Positions 9,579-19,100 of a DNA stretch of 64,000 bases are shown here, in pieces. Positions within the stretch are counted from its first letter, which is position 1, and each line of letters begins with the position of its first letter. The notes below the pieces were generated by a model, which saw only the letters and a list, made by a program, of their open reading frames with translations, was not told the origin of the DNA and did no database searches. Position numbers and translations under genes: made by a program. Source of the DNA: Roseinatronobacter sp. (GTDB lineage Bacteria > Pseudomonadota > Alphaproteobacteria > Rhodobacterales > Rhodobacteraceae); NCBI RefSeq assembly GCF_051859905.1, contig NZ_JBHYEX010000006.1. One strand, written 5' to 3'.

Positions 9579-9904
9579 CATCGGATAACAGGCTTGAACG
9601 GCTTCGGGCGATTTCACAAATGGTCAAGGACAAGGAGCTTGCGAAGCTCCGGACACTCGCGCAGGCCCGCGATGAAACGCACGATCGGGTCCAGCGGCTT
9701 ATGCAACCCGTTGCGCTGGTGCAGGATCCGGCCTTGTTCGCCGCGCGGCAACTTCATGCCAAATGGGCGCTGGAACAGCGCATCCGCCTGAACCGCACTC
9801 TGGCACAACAAACCGCCCGCCTGATCGAACAACGGGCCAAGGCTGCGCGCAGCCTTGGCAAGGCCGAGATTGTTACAAATCTATGTCGCCAGAACCAAAT
9901 CTAA
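9575..9904 (+). CDS. Hypothetical coiled-coil protein (109 aa) in the flhB operon; possible FliJ-like or chaperone component
   Basis: ORF 9569..9904. The ATG at 9575 overlaps the flhB stop (ATGA). The sequence is Arg/Leu/Gln/Ala-rich, heptad-like and helical (LERLRAISQMVKDKELAKLRTLAQARDETHDRVQRL...). Confidence 0.6.
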   Translation: MTSDNRLERLRAISQMVKDKELAKLRTLAQARDETHDRVQRLMQPVALVQDPALFAARQLHAKWALEQRIRLNRTLAQQTARLIEQRAKAARSLGKAEIVTNLCRQNQI

Positions 9905-9911
9905 GCCAGTT

Positions 9912-11192
9912 TCAGGGGGTCACCCACTCGCCCGCACGCATCAATGCGACCCGACTTCCGTCAACATGCAGCCCGTCAACATCCATCCTGTCTGACCCGA
10001 TCATCCAGTCGACATGGATCAGGCTGTCATTCCCGCCACGGGCCGACACTTCATCTTTTGACAATGTGTCGCCACCTTCAAGGCAGGACGCATAGCATTG
10101 CCCCATTGCAATATGCGACGCTGCATTTTCATCGAACAATGTGTTAAAAAACAAGTGCCCGCTTTGCGCCACCGGTGAACTGTGCGGAACAAGGGCGACT
10201 TCGCCCAGTCTTGCCGCGCCATCATCTGTTGCCAGCATATCACGCAGCACATCGCCGCCACGCGTCGCTCGCGCCTCGACCGCGCGCCCCGCCTCGAAGC
10301 GCATTTCAATTTCATCGATCAGCGTGCCCTGATGTGACAATGGCTTGGTCGCACGCACATACCCGTCCACGCGCGCGGCGTGCGGGGTCGTGAATACCTC
10401 CTCGGTGGGAATATTGGGGTTGCACCGCACGCCGTTGCGCGCAACCGACGCCCCGCCTTGCCAGAAATGCCCATCTGCCAGACCAACATGCAAGTCGGTG
10501 CCTGGCGCCTGAAAATGCAAACTGTCAAATCGGGCCGTGTTCAGCATTTGGCACCGCCGCGCCAGTTCCGCGTTATGCGCCGTCCATGCGGCGACCGGAT
10601 CGGCCTGGTCCAGCCGCGCCGTTTTCCGAATGGCCTGCGCAAGTTGTTCGAACGCATCCTGTGGGGGCTGGTCCGGAAACATACGCTGCGCCCAATCCAA
10701 GGTCGGGCAAGGGATGATGGACCAGTTGATATGAAATCCGGCAATCGGCGCCAAGGCAGGTCGATATGCGGCCGCATTCGCGCGGTTGGCACGGCCCACT
10801 TTTGCAGCATCCTCCTGTGCAAGCAGGAACGGATCCTCGCCCACAAGCGCCAGACGCGCCGCACCGTTTTCATATGCTTTGGCCATCCCTTCATACAGCC
10901 AGTCCGGCGCCTTGTCGAAACTGTCGTCACGGGCGTGGCGAAACCGCGCAAGGGTCATGTCCCGGTCACTGACAAGGGTTGTCACCAACCCCGCCCCTGC
11001 GCGGTAAGCTTCTGCTGTGATCGCGCGCGCCAGCGGCATGGCCGAACTCGGGGTGGTCATGACAAGGTCTTGCCCTGCCTGCAGATTCAACCCGACATGC
11101 ACCGCCAGATGCGCCAGACCGTCCAGCAAAGCGGGATCTGCCGCGATTTGTGTAGCAAGCGGCGTATGCGTCAATGCGCTGTCATGGGTCAT
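9912..11192 (-). CDS. Aminopeptidase, peptidase family M29 (AmpS/PepS-like)
   Basis: 426 aa. The C-terminal region EVALVPHSSPV...LFFNTLFDENAASHIAMGQCY...HVDWMIG is characteristic of M29 thermophilic-type aminopeptidases. Confidence 0.85.
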   Translation of the reverse strand: MTHDSALTHTPLATQIAADPALLDGLAHLAVHVGLNLQAGQDLVMTTPSSAMPLARAITAEAYRAGAGLVTTLVSDRDMTLARFRHARDDSFDKAPDWLYEGMAKAYENGAARLALVGEDPFLLAQEDAAKVGRANRANAAAYRPALAPIAGFHINWSIIPCPTLDWAQRMFPDQPPQDAFEQLAQAIRKTARLDQADPVAAWTAHNAELARRCQMLNTARFDSLHFQAPGTDLHVGLADGHFWQGGASVARNGVRCNPNIPTEEVFTTPHAARVDGYVRATKPLSHQGTLIDEIEMRFEAGRAVEARATRGGDVLRDMLATDDGAARLGEVALVPHSSPVAQSGHLFFNTLFDENAASHIAMGQCYASCLEGGDTLSKDEVSARGGNDSLIHVDWMIGSDRMDVDGLHVDGSRVALMRAGEWVTP

Positions 11193-11271
11193 GTTTCGGG
11201 GCCTTCAGGTTGTGAACATTCCCCCGGAAGCTGTGCCACCCTGCCGCCAAGGTCAAGGGCGCAAACCCCGC

Positions 11272-11736
11272 TCAGGCGCCACTGCGCAAGATATCGGTAA
11301 TCAGCACCCCGGTTACAACATCGCGCCCCAGCAGGCTTTGTCCGGTTTCCAATAACGCCTGCCGCAAAAGCGTCATGTTATTGTTCGAGGTGAACATTCC
11401 GTCAAACCCGCCAGTATTGGCATGGTCGAACATGACTTGCAGGAAACGATCCCGCAATCTTGGTTCATTTCGCAAGACCGCATTCTCTTCCGCGCCAGCA
11501 ATCTCCAGTGTCAATGACATAACAATCACCGAAACAATCCGGTCCCCCTCCAGCAGGGGAACCATGAACTGGTTTTTCATCTCGAACAGCGTGACATCAA
11601 GCTGGCTCGGGTCAACAAGCGGGATATCCTCGGCGGCGGCCTCCGATGGTTCCGGCGCGGGGCGCAGCCATAACCCTGCGCCAACGCCGCCAGCGGCACC
11701 CAACAAAATGAGCAGGATTGGAATTAGCTTTGCCAT
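11272..11736 (-). CDS. fliL: Flagellar basal-body-associated protein FliL
   Basis: 154 aa with a single N-terminal TM segment (MAKLIPILLILLGAAGGVGAGLWL) and then a FliL-like domain (FEMKNQFMVPLLEGDRIVSVIVMSLTLEI). It lies directly downstream of flgH. Confidence 0.75.
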   Translation of the reverse strand: MAKLIPILLILLGAAGGVGAGLWLRPAPEPSEAAAEDIPLVDPSQLDVTLFEMKNQFMVPLLEGDRIVSVIVMSLTLEIAGAEENAVLRNEPRLRDRFLQVMFDHANTGGFDGMFTSNNNMTLLRQALLETGQSLLGRDVVTGVLITDILRSGA

Positions 11737-11759
11737 GGTGCCCCCTTGCGCCCGAACCT

Positions 11760-12533
11760 TCAGAACGGTGCCAGAATATCAATGATCTGTTCGCCATATC
11801 GCGGCTGCTGCATTGTCGAGATAACACCACGCCCCCCATACGAGATGCGCGCACCGGCGATCTTGTCATAGGTAATCTCGTTCTGGCGTGAAATATCCGT
11901 CGGACGCACATAGCCGGTGACCAGGAGTTCGCGCAGCTCATGATTCACGCGAACCTCCTGCCGCCCCTCGATGCGCAAAACGCCATTTGGCAACACTTCA
12001 ACAACAGTTGACGCCACGCGCAGGGTCAGCTTCTCATTCCGGCGCACCGACCCGTTGCCCGAAAAACTGCTGCCACTATTGGTTTCGATACCAGCACCAA
12101 TACTGAAGCCGCCTTCGTTCTTGCGATCTATTGCTTGTGGTATTCCAAACAGTTGCGGGACAGCCATGCTGCTGGACCCTGTACGCCCGCGTGATGTATT
12201 GTTCGAAATCTCCGCGCTGTCATTAATCTCGATGACCACTGTCATAATATCGCCTTGCCGACCGGCCCTGCGGTCCCCAAGCAGGGATCGCTGGCTTACC
12301 GACCACAATGACGACGGCGCAGCGGCAGAGCGTGGTTCATTCGTTTCAGGCAGCGGTACGCGATACAAGGCTGCATGCTCGATGCTTTGCTCGGGTGGAC
12401 TGAATGCGGGGGCCCTGCCCACCTCGCTCAGTGGTTGGCACGCCGCAAGGGCCAAGCTGCAAAGCAGGATGGCGACAGGGCGCAGGAAAGCTGGTTTTGT
12501 CATGATACCCTCATGGTAATATACGCGTTTCAT
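11760..12533 (-). CDS. flgH: Flagellar L-ring lipoprotein FlgH
   Basis: Lipobox LCSLALAAC, then GDIMTVVIEINDSAEISN...LRIEGRQEVRVNHELRELLVTGYVRPTDI. The ATG at 12533 overlaps the flgA stop. An alternative start is at 12503. Confidence 0.93.
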   Translation of the reverse strand: MKRVYYHEGIMTKPAFLRPVAILLCSLALAACQPLSEVGRAPAFSPPEQSIEHAALYRVPLPETNEPRSAAAPSSLWSVSQRSLLGDRRAGRQGDIMTVVIEINDSAEISNNTSRGRTGSSSMAVPQLFGIPQAIDRKNEGGFSIGAGIETNSGSSFSGNGSVRRNEKLTLRVASTVVEVLPNGVLRIEGRQEVRVNHELRELLVTGYVRPTDISRQNEITYDKIAGARISYGGRGVISTMQQPRYGEQIIDILAPF

Positions 12534-12964
12534 CGCAGGGACAGTCGCTGCGTGCCCACCTCGACCACCCCAGAATACAGAACCGTGCCCTGCACCGATT
12601 GGCGGGACGACAGGTTCATCACACTGACCCGGTCCCCGATAGCGCCGCGACCAAGCGCCCGCCCTTCGGTCAGTATGCTCAGTGGGCCATGACGGTAGAT
12701 GACCTGAACCAGATCATTCCGCTCTATGACAGCGGCCGGCCCAAGTTCCGAAAGACGCACCGGGCGGCCGGGATAGATTGCTACACGTGTTTCCAACCCG
12801 ATGGCCTGATCCGCCGCCGTGGCCGCGCCGACGACCATGCCATCCTGCACGCTGACATCGCCCGGCTCGATAACCTCGGCGGCGCGGATCAGGCGGGTTG
12901 CCACCAGCGTCTGCGCCATCGCAAACTCTGGCAGGATGAACAGAAGGACGAAAACGAACCGCAT
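12530..12964 (-). CDS. flgA: Flagellar P-ring assembly chaperone FlgA
   Basis: 144 aa with a signal peptide and a SAF-like C-terminal segment (GRALGRGAIGDRVSVMNLSSRQSVQGTV). It sits between flgG and flgH. Confidence 0.85.
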   Translation of the reverse strand: MRFVFVLLFILPEFAMAQTLVATRLIRAAEVIEPGDVSVQDGMVVGAATAADQAIGLETRVAIYPGRPVRLSELGPAAVIERNDLVQVIYRHGPLSILTEGRALGRGAIGDRVSVMNLSSRQSVQGTVLYSGVVEVGTQRLSLR

Positions 12965-13749
12965 CAGCGCACCTGCGTCGTTGCGCCCATCATCTGGTCA
13001 ACGGCCGTAATTACCTTGGAATTCAGTTCATAGCCGCGCTGTGCCTTGATCAACTCCGTCATCTCGCGCACCGGATCAACGGAGCTTTCTTCCAGATAGC
13101 CCTGGCGCACCGTGCCCAGACCATCCGTTCCCGGTGCAGCGTCAAACCCCGGCCCCGAGGCTTCGGTTTCCAGAAACAGGTTTGACCCGATCGCTTCCAA
13201 CCCTTTTTCATTGGCAAAGCCGGTCAATGTAAGCTGGCCCAGCAGTTGGGGCTGCACCTGCCCTATGAAATAGGCGTATATTTCACCATCAGCGTTGATG
13301 GAAATCGACCGCGCATCGTTTGGAATGACAATGCCAGGCGTGACTTCGAACCCTTCGGAATTGACAATCAACCCGTCGCCCGTGCGTTTCAGGGCGCCAT
13401 CGCGCGTAAATGCGGCCTGCCCGTCAGGCAAGGTAACAGACAGAAAGCCCTTGCCTTCGATCGCGATGTCCAGATCGCCATTGGTCTGGGCCAAAGCCCC
13501 TTGCTGTATCTGCATGCTGACCGCAGCAGGACGCACACCAAGACCAAGCTGGATGCCGGTGGGCAGCACCGTGCCATCACTGGCATTAATCGACCCCGCG
13601 CGCGCGAATTGCTGATAATGCAGGTCCGCAAATTCGGCCCGGCGGGCGTTATAGCCCGAGGTGCTCATATTGGCGAGGTTGTTCGAAATGGTATCAACGC
13701 GCATCTGCTGCGCGCTCATTCCCGTGGCGGCGATATGAAGCGCTTTCAT
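12964..13749 (-). CDS. flgG: Flagellar distal rod protein FlgG
   Basis: 261 aa. The N-terminus is MKALHIAATGMSAQQMRVDTISNNLANMSTSGYNARR and the C-terminus is VRQGYLEESSVDPVREMTELIKAQRGYELNSKVI. Confidence 0.95.
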   Translation of the reverse strand: MKALHIAATGMSAQQMRVDTISNNLANMSTSGYNARRAEFADLHYQQFARAGSINASDGTVLPTGIQLGLGVRPAAVSMQIQQGALAQTNGDLDIAIEGKGFLSVTLPDGQAAFTRDGALKRTGDGLIVNSEGFEVTPGIVIPNDARSISINADGEIYAYFIGQVQPQLLGQLTLTGFANEKGLEAIGSNLFLETEASGPGFDAAPGTDGLGTVRQGYLEESSVDPVREMTELIKAQRGYELNSKVITAVDQMMGATTQVR

Positions 13750-13768
13750 TGATCCGTCCTTTTCATCC

Positions 13769-14485
13769 TTATCGACCCAGTGTCTGGATCACGTTCTTGA
13801 TCCGCTCATCTTCACGTTCCAGCAGACGCTGGCCCTGTTCATATGCGCGCTGGACGTCAATCATCCGCGCGATTTCCGGCATCGGGTCCACGTTGGACCC
13901 TTCAAGGAACCCTTGCCGCAAACGTGGTTGCAAAACGGGTTCAACATCACCATCCACAGCAAACAGGGTGCCCGCAGCCCGCGTCACCGACACGGGGTCG
14001 GCAGGCTGAACCAGTCCCACTTGCGCAAATGGCTGCCCGTCAGCAGAAAAGGTTCCATCCCCCGACATGACAATTGAACGGGCGTCCGGCGGCACAAATA
14101 TCGGGGCGCCCCCCGCGTCCAGCAGCAGATGCCCGTCCATATTCACCAGTTCGCCCGCCGCATTCGGGGTGAACATACCCGCGCGCGTCAGCCGCAACCC
14201 CTGCGGCGTTTCCAACTGGAAGAACCCGTCGCCTTCTATCGCCAGGTCAAAACTGCCGTTGGTTTGTGTCAGTTCGCCCTGATTCAGGTATGTCTGGCGG
14301 GTGTTGCCCAGCGCCATAGACAAGGAAGTGTCCTGCCCCTGCCCGCCCACCACAAACTCGGAAAACACCATCCCCTCGCGGCGGAATCCGGTGGTCGATG
14401 TATTCGCGATGTTATGGGCGATAACCTGCATTTCGCGCTTCAGGCCCGACAGGCGTGTCAGGGTAACATAGGTCGCGTTGTCCAT
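13769..14485 (-). CDS. flgF: Flagellar proximal rod protein FlgF
   Basis: ORF 13769..14713. I moved the start to ATG 14485 (MDNATYVTLTRLSGLKREMQVIAHNIANTSTTGFRREG), which overlaps the fliQ stop by 1 nt. The C-terminus has the rod-family motif (NVDPMPEIARMIDVQRAYE). Confidence 0.9.
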   Translation of the reverse strand: MDNATYVTLTRLSGLKREMQVIAHNIANTSTTGFRREGMVFSEFVVGGQGQDTSLSMALGNTRQTYLNQGELTQTNGSFDLAIEGDGFFQLETPQGLRLTRAGMFTPNAAGELVNMDGHLLLDAGGAPIFVPPDARSIVMSGDGTFSADGQPFAQVGLVQPADPVSVTRAAGTLFAVDGDVEPVLQPRLRQGFLEGSNVDPMPEIARMIDVQRAYEQGQRLLEREDERIKNVIQTLGR

Positions 14486-14754
14486 CACACACCTCCTGCG
14501 ATCAGTGGCACTATCTGGTCGTGGAAAAAAGCGACGAGGGTGGCGGTCATGAAACTCATCGACACCCAGAAGACGATCACAATCGCGGCCAGTTTCGGCA
14601 CAAATGTCAGCGTCATTTCCTGAATGGATGTTAGCGCCTGAAACAGCCCGATCGTGACGCCCGCAACCAATGCAGCAGTCAGAATCGGAATGGAAATCAG
14701 CGTTGCGACCCATAGGCCCTGACGCAATGTGTCGAAGAAGACGGCCTCGTTCAT
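14485..14754 (-). CDS. fliQ: Flagellar export apparatus protein FliQ
   Basis: An 89-aa protein with two TM segments (LISIPILTAALVAGVTIGLFQALTSIQEMTLTFVPKL). Confidence 0.93.
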   Translation of the reverse strand: MNEAVFFDTLRQGLWVATLISIPILTAALVAGVTIGLFQALTSIQEMTLTFVPKLAAIVIVFWVSMSFMTATLVAFFHDQIVPLIAGGV

Positions 14755-14757
14755 GGT

Positions 14758-15057
14758 TCAGACCGGCATGCGCAGGATTTCGAGATACGCTTCGACAACC
14801 TTGTTGCGGACCGCGACTGCTGTTTCGACAGCCAGTTCTGTGGCCGCGACCGCCTCGACCAATGCGTGCGGGTTTGCACCGCTGAGCATCGAACTGGTCG
14901 CGGCCGTGTCGGCCTGACGCAGCGCTTGCGTGAAACTGGACATTTGCGCACCGAAGGCAGCCTCGGCGCGCTGCGTGGTTCCTTCTTTCGGCGCGGGGGC
15001 TGCTGCGTTGCGCGCCAGATCATAGCTTTGAATGGCAATGCTTGCGGGAATGGTCAT
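14758..15057 (-). CDS. fliE: Flagellar hook-basal body complex protein FliE
   Basis: 99 aa. The C-terminus HALVEAVAATELAVETAVAVRNKVVEAYLEILRMPV is typical of FliE. It sits between flgC and fliQ. Confidence 0.88.
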   Translation of the reverse strand: MTIPASIAIQSYDLARNAAAPAPKEGTTQRAEAAFGAQMSSFTQALRQADTAATSSMLSGANPHALVEAVAATELAVETAVAVRNKVVEAYLEILRMPV

Positions 15058-15072
15058 CTAGTCAATCCTTTT

Positions 15073-15465
15073 TCAACGACGCAGCAGATCAAGCAGGCCC
15101 TGCGACATCTGCCGCGCCTGATCAAACATGCGTAAATTCGCTTCATAGCTGCGGCCGGCCTCTCTCGCGTCGGCGATTTCGATCATCCGGTCTACAGTGG
15201 AGCCGTCGTAATAGCCTTCCGCATCAGCCAGCGCGTGGCCGGGGTCATAAATGCGCGGCAACTCCCCGCGATCCAGCCGGACCGGCCCAATATCAACGCG
15301 GGCAAGGCCGGTGGCGCGGTCAATCGCGGATTGAAAATCAATTGTCTTGCGCCGGTAGCCGGGTGTGTCGGCATTGGCGATGTTTTCGGAAACATGCCGC
15401 AGGCGGCGGGATTGCGCCTCCATCCCGGACGCGGCAACGGAGAATACACCAAACAGATCAGCCAT
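15073..15465 (-). CDS. flgC: Flagellar proximal rod protein FlgC
   Basis: 130 aa. Contains SENIANADTPGYRRK and the C-terminus EMIEIADAREAGRSYEANLRMF. Confidence 0.95.
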   Translation of the reverse strand: MADLFGVFSVAASGMEAQSRRLRHVSENIANADTPGYRRKTIDFQSAIDRATGLARVDIGPVRLDRGELPRIYDPGHALADAEGYYDGSTVDRMIEIADAREAGRSYEANLRMFDQARQMSQGLLDLLRR

Positions 15466-15474
15466 TTATGCCCC

Positions 15475-15855
15475 CTAGTTCCCAAGTGCTGTACGCAGAA
15501 TTCCGCGCGCTGACGAATAGACTGACAATGCCATGTCATGGCTTTGCCGGGTTTCGGCGGCACGCATCATCTGATGTTCAAGTGAAACTGTGTTACCATT
15601 CGGAGATCGGGCCGGTGCTGTCGTATCGATACGCGCCGCGGGTATGCCGCCGGTATCTTCAAAACCCAAATGACCCGCCCGCGTCGCACGCATGGACAGG
15701 CCATTATTGTAGGTCGCGCCAAAACTGGGCAGGTCACGCGCCTGATACCCCGGCGTATCGGCATGGGCGACATTTTCAGACAAGACGACTTGCCGTGCCG
15801 CTGCATGGCGGGCCATCTGCTGCGCCATGCGCATGACATCGGGTAATTCGAACAT
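15475..15855 (-). CDS. flgB: Flagellar proximal rod protein FlgB
   Basis: ORF 15475..15873. I prefer ATG 15855 (MFELPDVMRMAQQMARHAAARQVVLSENVAHADTPGYQARD) because GGGAGAA lies about 6 nt upstream. The upstream ATG 15873 remains possible. Confidence 0.9.
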   Translation of the reverse strand: MFELPDVMRMAQQMARHAAARQVVLSENVAHADTPGYQARDLPSFGATYNNGLSMRATRAGHLGFEDTGGIPAARIDTTAPARSPNGNTVSLEHQMMRAAETRQSHDMALSVYSSARGILRTALGN

Positions 15856-15950
15856 GAGGGCTTCTCCCGTCATTTGGATACACTCATCCTTAAGACTGAT
15901 TCGCTTAAAGATCGGTAACCAGAAGTCGAAAAAGCTGCGAAAGGGATGCG

Positions 15951-17300
15951 ATGAACCATCTTGATTTTCTGCGCGCCGAGGTCACGAATATGCATGTGGT
16001 CAGCATTTCAGGGCGAATTACACGCATCGACGGGCAATCCCTGGGAATTGCAGGTTTGGTGCAGGATGCGCGAATCGGCGATTGGCTGAAGGTTACGACC
16101 CAGTCCGGCACGCATGTTTACGCAGAAGTCCTGCGTATGACCGAAACCGAGGTCTTGGCGCTGCCGGACGGACCTTGTGACGGTTTGTCGATTGGCGATC
16201 GGGCGGAATTCATCGGCCCGCGCGGACTGGCCCCTGATGACAGCTGGATCGGGCGGGTGATTGACCCTTACGGCCGCCCGCTGGATGGCCGCCCCTTGCT
16301 GCAAGGGCCTGTCACACGCAACCTGCGCCAGAACCCGCCCGACCCCGCGCAGCGCGGGCGGCTTGGGGGCCGCCTTGATACTGGCATGGCCGTATTCAAC
16401 ACGCTGCTGCCACTGGTCGAGGGGCAGCGCATCGGATTGTTCGCGGGGTCCGGTGTCGGTAAATCCATGCTGCTGGGCAAGTTCGCGCGCAACATGCAGG
16501 CCGATGTCGTCGTCATTGCACTGGTTGGCGAACGCGGGCGCGAATTGCGCGAATTCATCGAGGATGTTCTTGGCCCCGAAGGGATGGCGCGGGCCGTTGT
16601 TGTCACGGCAACCTCGGACCAGCCACCGCTGACGCGACGACGCTGCGCCGCTGCCGCCATGTGCGTGGCCGAACATTTCCGTGATCAGGGCAAGCATGTG
16701 CTGTATCTGGCCGACAGCATTACGCGGCTGGCCGAGGCGCATCGCGAAGTCGCCCTTGCGGGTGGCGAAGCGGCCAGCCTGCGCGGATACCCCCCGTCAA
16801 CCGCACATCAGATCATGGCACTGGCCGAACGCGCAGGCCCTGGCCCGGACGGAATGGGGGCGATTACCGGAATCTTCACTGTTCTGGTGGCAGGGTCCGA
16901 CATGGAGGAACCCGTGGCCGACATTCTGCGCGGCGTGCTGGACGGGCATGTGGTGATGGACCGCGCCATTGCCGAACGCGGGCGGTTTCCCGCGATTGAT
17001 GTTCTGCGCTCGGTCAGTCGCGCATTGCCGAAAGCGGCAACGCCGGAAGAAAACGCGCACATTTCCGAAGCACGCCGCATGTTGGGTGCCTATGACCGCG
17101 CGGAAATGATGGTACAGGCCGGACTCTATGAGGCGGGCAGCGACCCGCTTGTGGACCGCGCGATCAGGGTCTGGCCCGCGCTGGACGCGTTTGTGGGCGA
17201 ATCCGCGCCAGGTGGCATAAAGCAGGCTTTTGCAAAACTGGCAATCTGTCTGGACCCGCCAGCGCAGGCCGGCACGACCGCCAGCAAGGGCAAAAAATAA
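15951..17300 (+). CDS. fliI: Flagellum-specific ATPase FliI
   Basis: 449 aa with Walker A (FAGSGVGKSMLLG), Walker B (VLYLADSITR) and an F1/T3SS ATPase fold. It is divergent from the flgB operon. Confidence 0.96.
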   Translation: MNHLDFLRAEVTNMHVVSISGRITRIDGQSLGIAGLVQDARIGDWLKVTTQSGTHVYAEVLRMTETEVLALPDGPCDGLSIGDRAEFIGPRGLAPDDSWIGRVIDPYGRPLDGRPLLQGPVTRNLRQNPPDPAQRGRLGGRLDTGMAVFNTLLPLVEGQRIGLFAGSGVGKSMLLGKFARNMQADVVVIALVGERGRELREFIEDVLGPEGMARAVVVTATSDQPPLTRRRCAAAAMCVAEHFRDQGKHVLYLADSITRLAEAHREVALAGGEAASLRGYPPSTAHQIMALAERAGPGPDGMGAITGIFTVLVAGSDMEEPVADILRGVLDGHVVMDRAIAERGRFPAIDVLRSVSRALPKAATPEENAHISEARRMLGAYDRAEMMVQAGLYEAGSDPLVDRAIRVWPALDAFVGESAPGGIKQAFAKLAICLDPPAQAGTTASKGKK

Positions 17301-17366
17301 AACGGGTTTCCTCTTGGCGCGGAATTGCACTAAACGGGGGGCAATTCTGCACATACGGGGACCATC

Positions 17367-19082
17367 ATGGCGCGAATTCTGATCACCTCGGCCCTGCCAT
17401 ATATCAATGGCATCAAGCATCTGGGCAACCTTGTCGGCAGCCAGCTTCCGGCAGACCTTTATGCGCGGTATTGCCGTGCGCGCGGGCATGAGGTGATGTT
17501 TATCTGCGCAACCGATGAACATGGCACGCCCGCAGAACTGGCTGCGGCCAAGGCCGGCAAGCCGGTCGACGAATATTGCGCAGAAATGCATGACGTGCAG
17601 GCCGAACTGGCGCGTGGTTTCCTGTTGTCCTTTGACCATTTCGGGCGTTCCTCCAGCCAGCGCAACCATGTTCTGACGCAACATCTGGCGGGCAAACTGG
17701 CCGATGCCGGACGCATTTCGGAAGTGTCCGAAAAACAGGTCTATTCCAACGCTGACGGGCGTTTTCTGCCCGACCGGTATATTGAAGGCACCTGCCCGAA
17801 TTGCGGCTATGACCGCGCGCGCGGCGACCAGTGTGAGAACTGCACCAAACAACTGGACCCGACCGACCTGATTGACCCGCGCTCCGCGATTTCAGGGTCC
17901 ACCGATCTGGAAGTGCGCGAAACCAAGCATCTGTTTCTGCGCCAGTCGGATATGCGCGACCAACTGGATAAATGGATCGACAGCCAGCGCAACTGGCCGG
18001 TTCTGACCACATCCATTGCCAAGAAATGGCTGCATGACGGCGACGGGCTGCAAGACCGTGGCATCACGCGCGATCTTGATTGGGGTATTCCCGTCAAACG
18101 TGGTGACAAGGACTGGCCCGGTATGGAGGGCAAGGTGTTCTATGTCTGGTTCGACGCCCCCATCGAATATATCGCGGCCACGGCGGAATGGGCCGATGCA
18201 CAGGGGCTGGATGACAGCGCATGGCAGCGCTGGTGGCGCACCGACCTTGGCGCGGATGATGTTCGTTATGTGCAATTCATGGGCAAGGACAATGTCCCCT
18301 TCCACACCTTGAGTTTCCCTGCAACGCTGATGGGGTCGGGCGAGCCGTGGAAACTGGTCAACTACATCAAGTCATTCAACTACCTGAATTATGATGGTGG
18401 ACAATTTTCAACCTCGCAAGGTCGTGGCGTTTTCATGGATCAGGCGCTGGCAATTCTGCCCGCTGATTACTGGCGCTGGTGGTTGTTGTCCCATGCCCCC
18501 GAAAGTTCGGATTCTGAATTCACATGGGAAAACTTTCAGGCCAGTGTGAACAAGGATCTGGCCGATGTGTTGGGCAATCTGGTCAGTCGCGTGACAAAAT
18601 TCTGCCGCTCCAAGTTTGGCGAAGTGGTGCCAGAAGGCGGGACTCTCGGGGCGCGCGAAACCGCGCTTATGGACGCGCTGACAACGCGCTTGCGCGCCTA
18701 TGAAACGCATATGGAAGCGATGGAAATTCGCAAATCGGCGGCGGAATTGCGCGCGCTTTGGGTGTTGGGCAATGAATATCTGCAAGATGCCGCACCGTGG
18801 TCGACCTTCAAATCGGACCCTGAACAGGCGGCGGCACAAATCAGGCTGGCACTGAATCTGATCCGGTTCTACGCGATCATTTCGCGTCCCTTCATCCCCG
18901 ATGCGGCCGCCAGCATGATGGCCGGCATGCAATCCGACGACTGGACATGGCCGGACACCGTGACAGATGCCTTGGCGCAACTGGATGCGGGGCATTCCTT
19001 CATCGTTCCTGATGTTTTGTTCGCCAAAATCACGGATGAGAACCGAGCCGCGTGGGAAGCACAGTTTTCCGGCCAGCGCTAG
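17367..19082 (+). CDS. metG: Methionine--tRNA ligase
   Basis: 571 aa. Has the class I HIGH-type motif ([14 protein letters not shown]), a Zn knuckle ([17 protein letters not shown]) and a KMSKS-type motif ([11 protein letters not shown]). Confidence 0.97.
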   Translation: MARILITSALPYINGIKHLGNLVGSQLPADLYARYCRARGHEVMFICATDEHGTPAELAAAKAGKPVDEYCAEMHDVQAELARGFLLSFDHFGRSSSQRNHVLTQHLAGKLADAGRISEVSEKQVYSNADGRFLPDRYIEGTCPNCGYDRARGDQCENCTKQLDPTDLIDPRSAISGSTDLEVRETKHLFLRQSDMRDQLDKWIDSQRNWPVLTTSIAKKWLHDGDGLQDRGITRDLDWGIPVKRGDKDWPGMEGKVFYVWFDAPIEYIAATAEWADAQGLDDSAWQRWWRTDLGADDVRYVQFMGKDNVPFHTLSFPATLMGSGEPWKLVNYIKSFNYLNYDGGQFSTSQGRGVFMDQALAILPADYWRWWLLSHAPESSDSEFTWENFQASVNKDLADVLGNLVSRVTKFCRSKFGEVVPEGGTLGARETALMDALTTRLRAYETHMEAMEIRKSAAELRALWVLGNEYLQDAAPWSTFKSDPEQAAAQIRLALNLIRFYAIISRPFIPDAAASMMAGMQSDDWTWPDTVTDALAQLDAGHSFIVPDVLFAKITDENRAAWEAQFSGQR

Positions 19083-19100
19083 GGCTTGATTTGACCTTTT

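Noticed and set aside
15905-15920. CtrA-like box TTAA-agatcgg-TAACC in the flgB/fliI divergent region
   Set aside because: The second half-site is TAAC rather than TTAA at the N7 spacing, and the other TTAA (15890) is 11 nt away. A single imperfect site cannot be distinguished from chance without comparative data.
16797-17852. 351-aa minus-strand ORF spanning the fliI 3' end, the intergenic gap and the metG 5' end
   Set aside because: It crosses two confidently called plus-strand genes. It has low-complexity R/A/G-rich composition, no SD and no motif.
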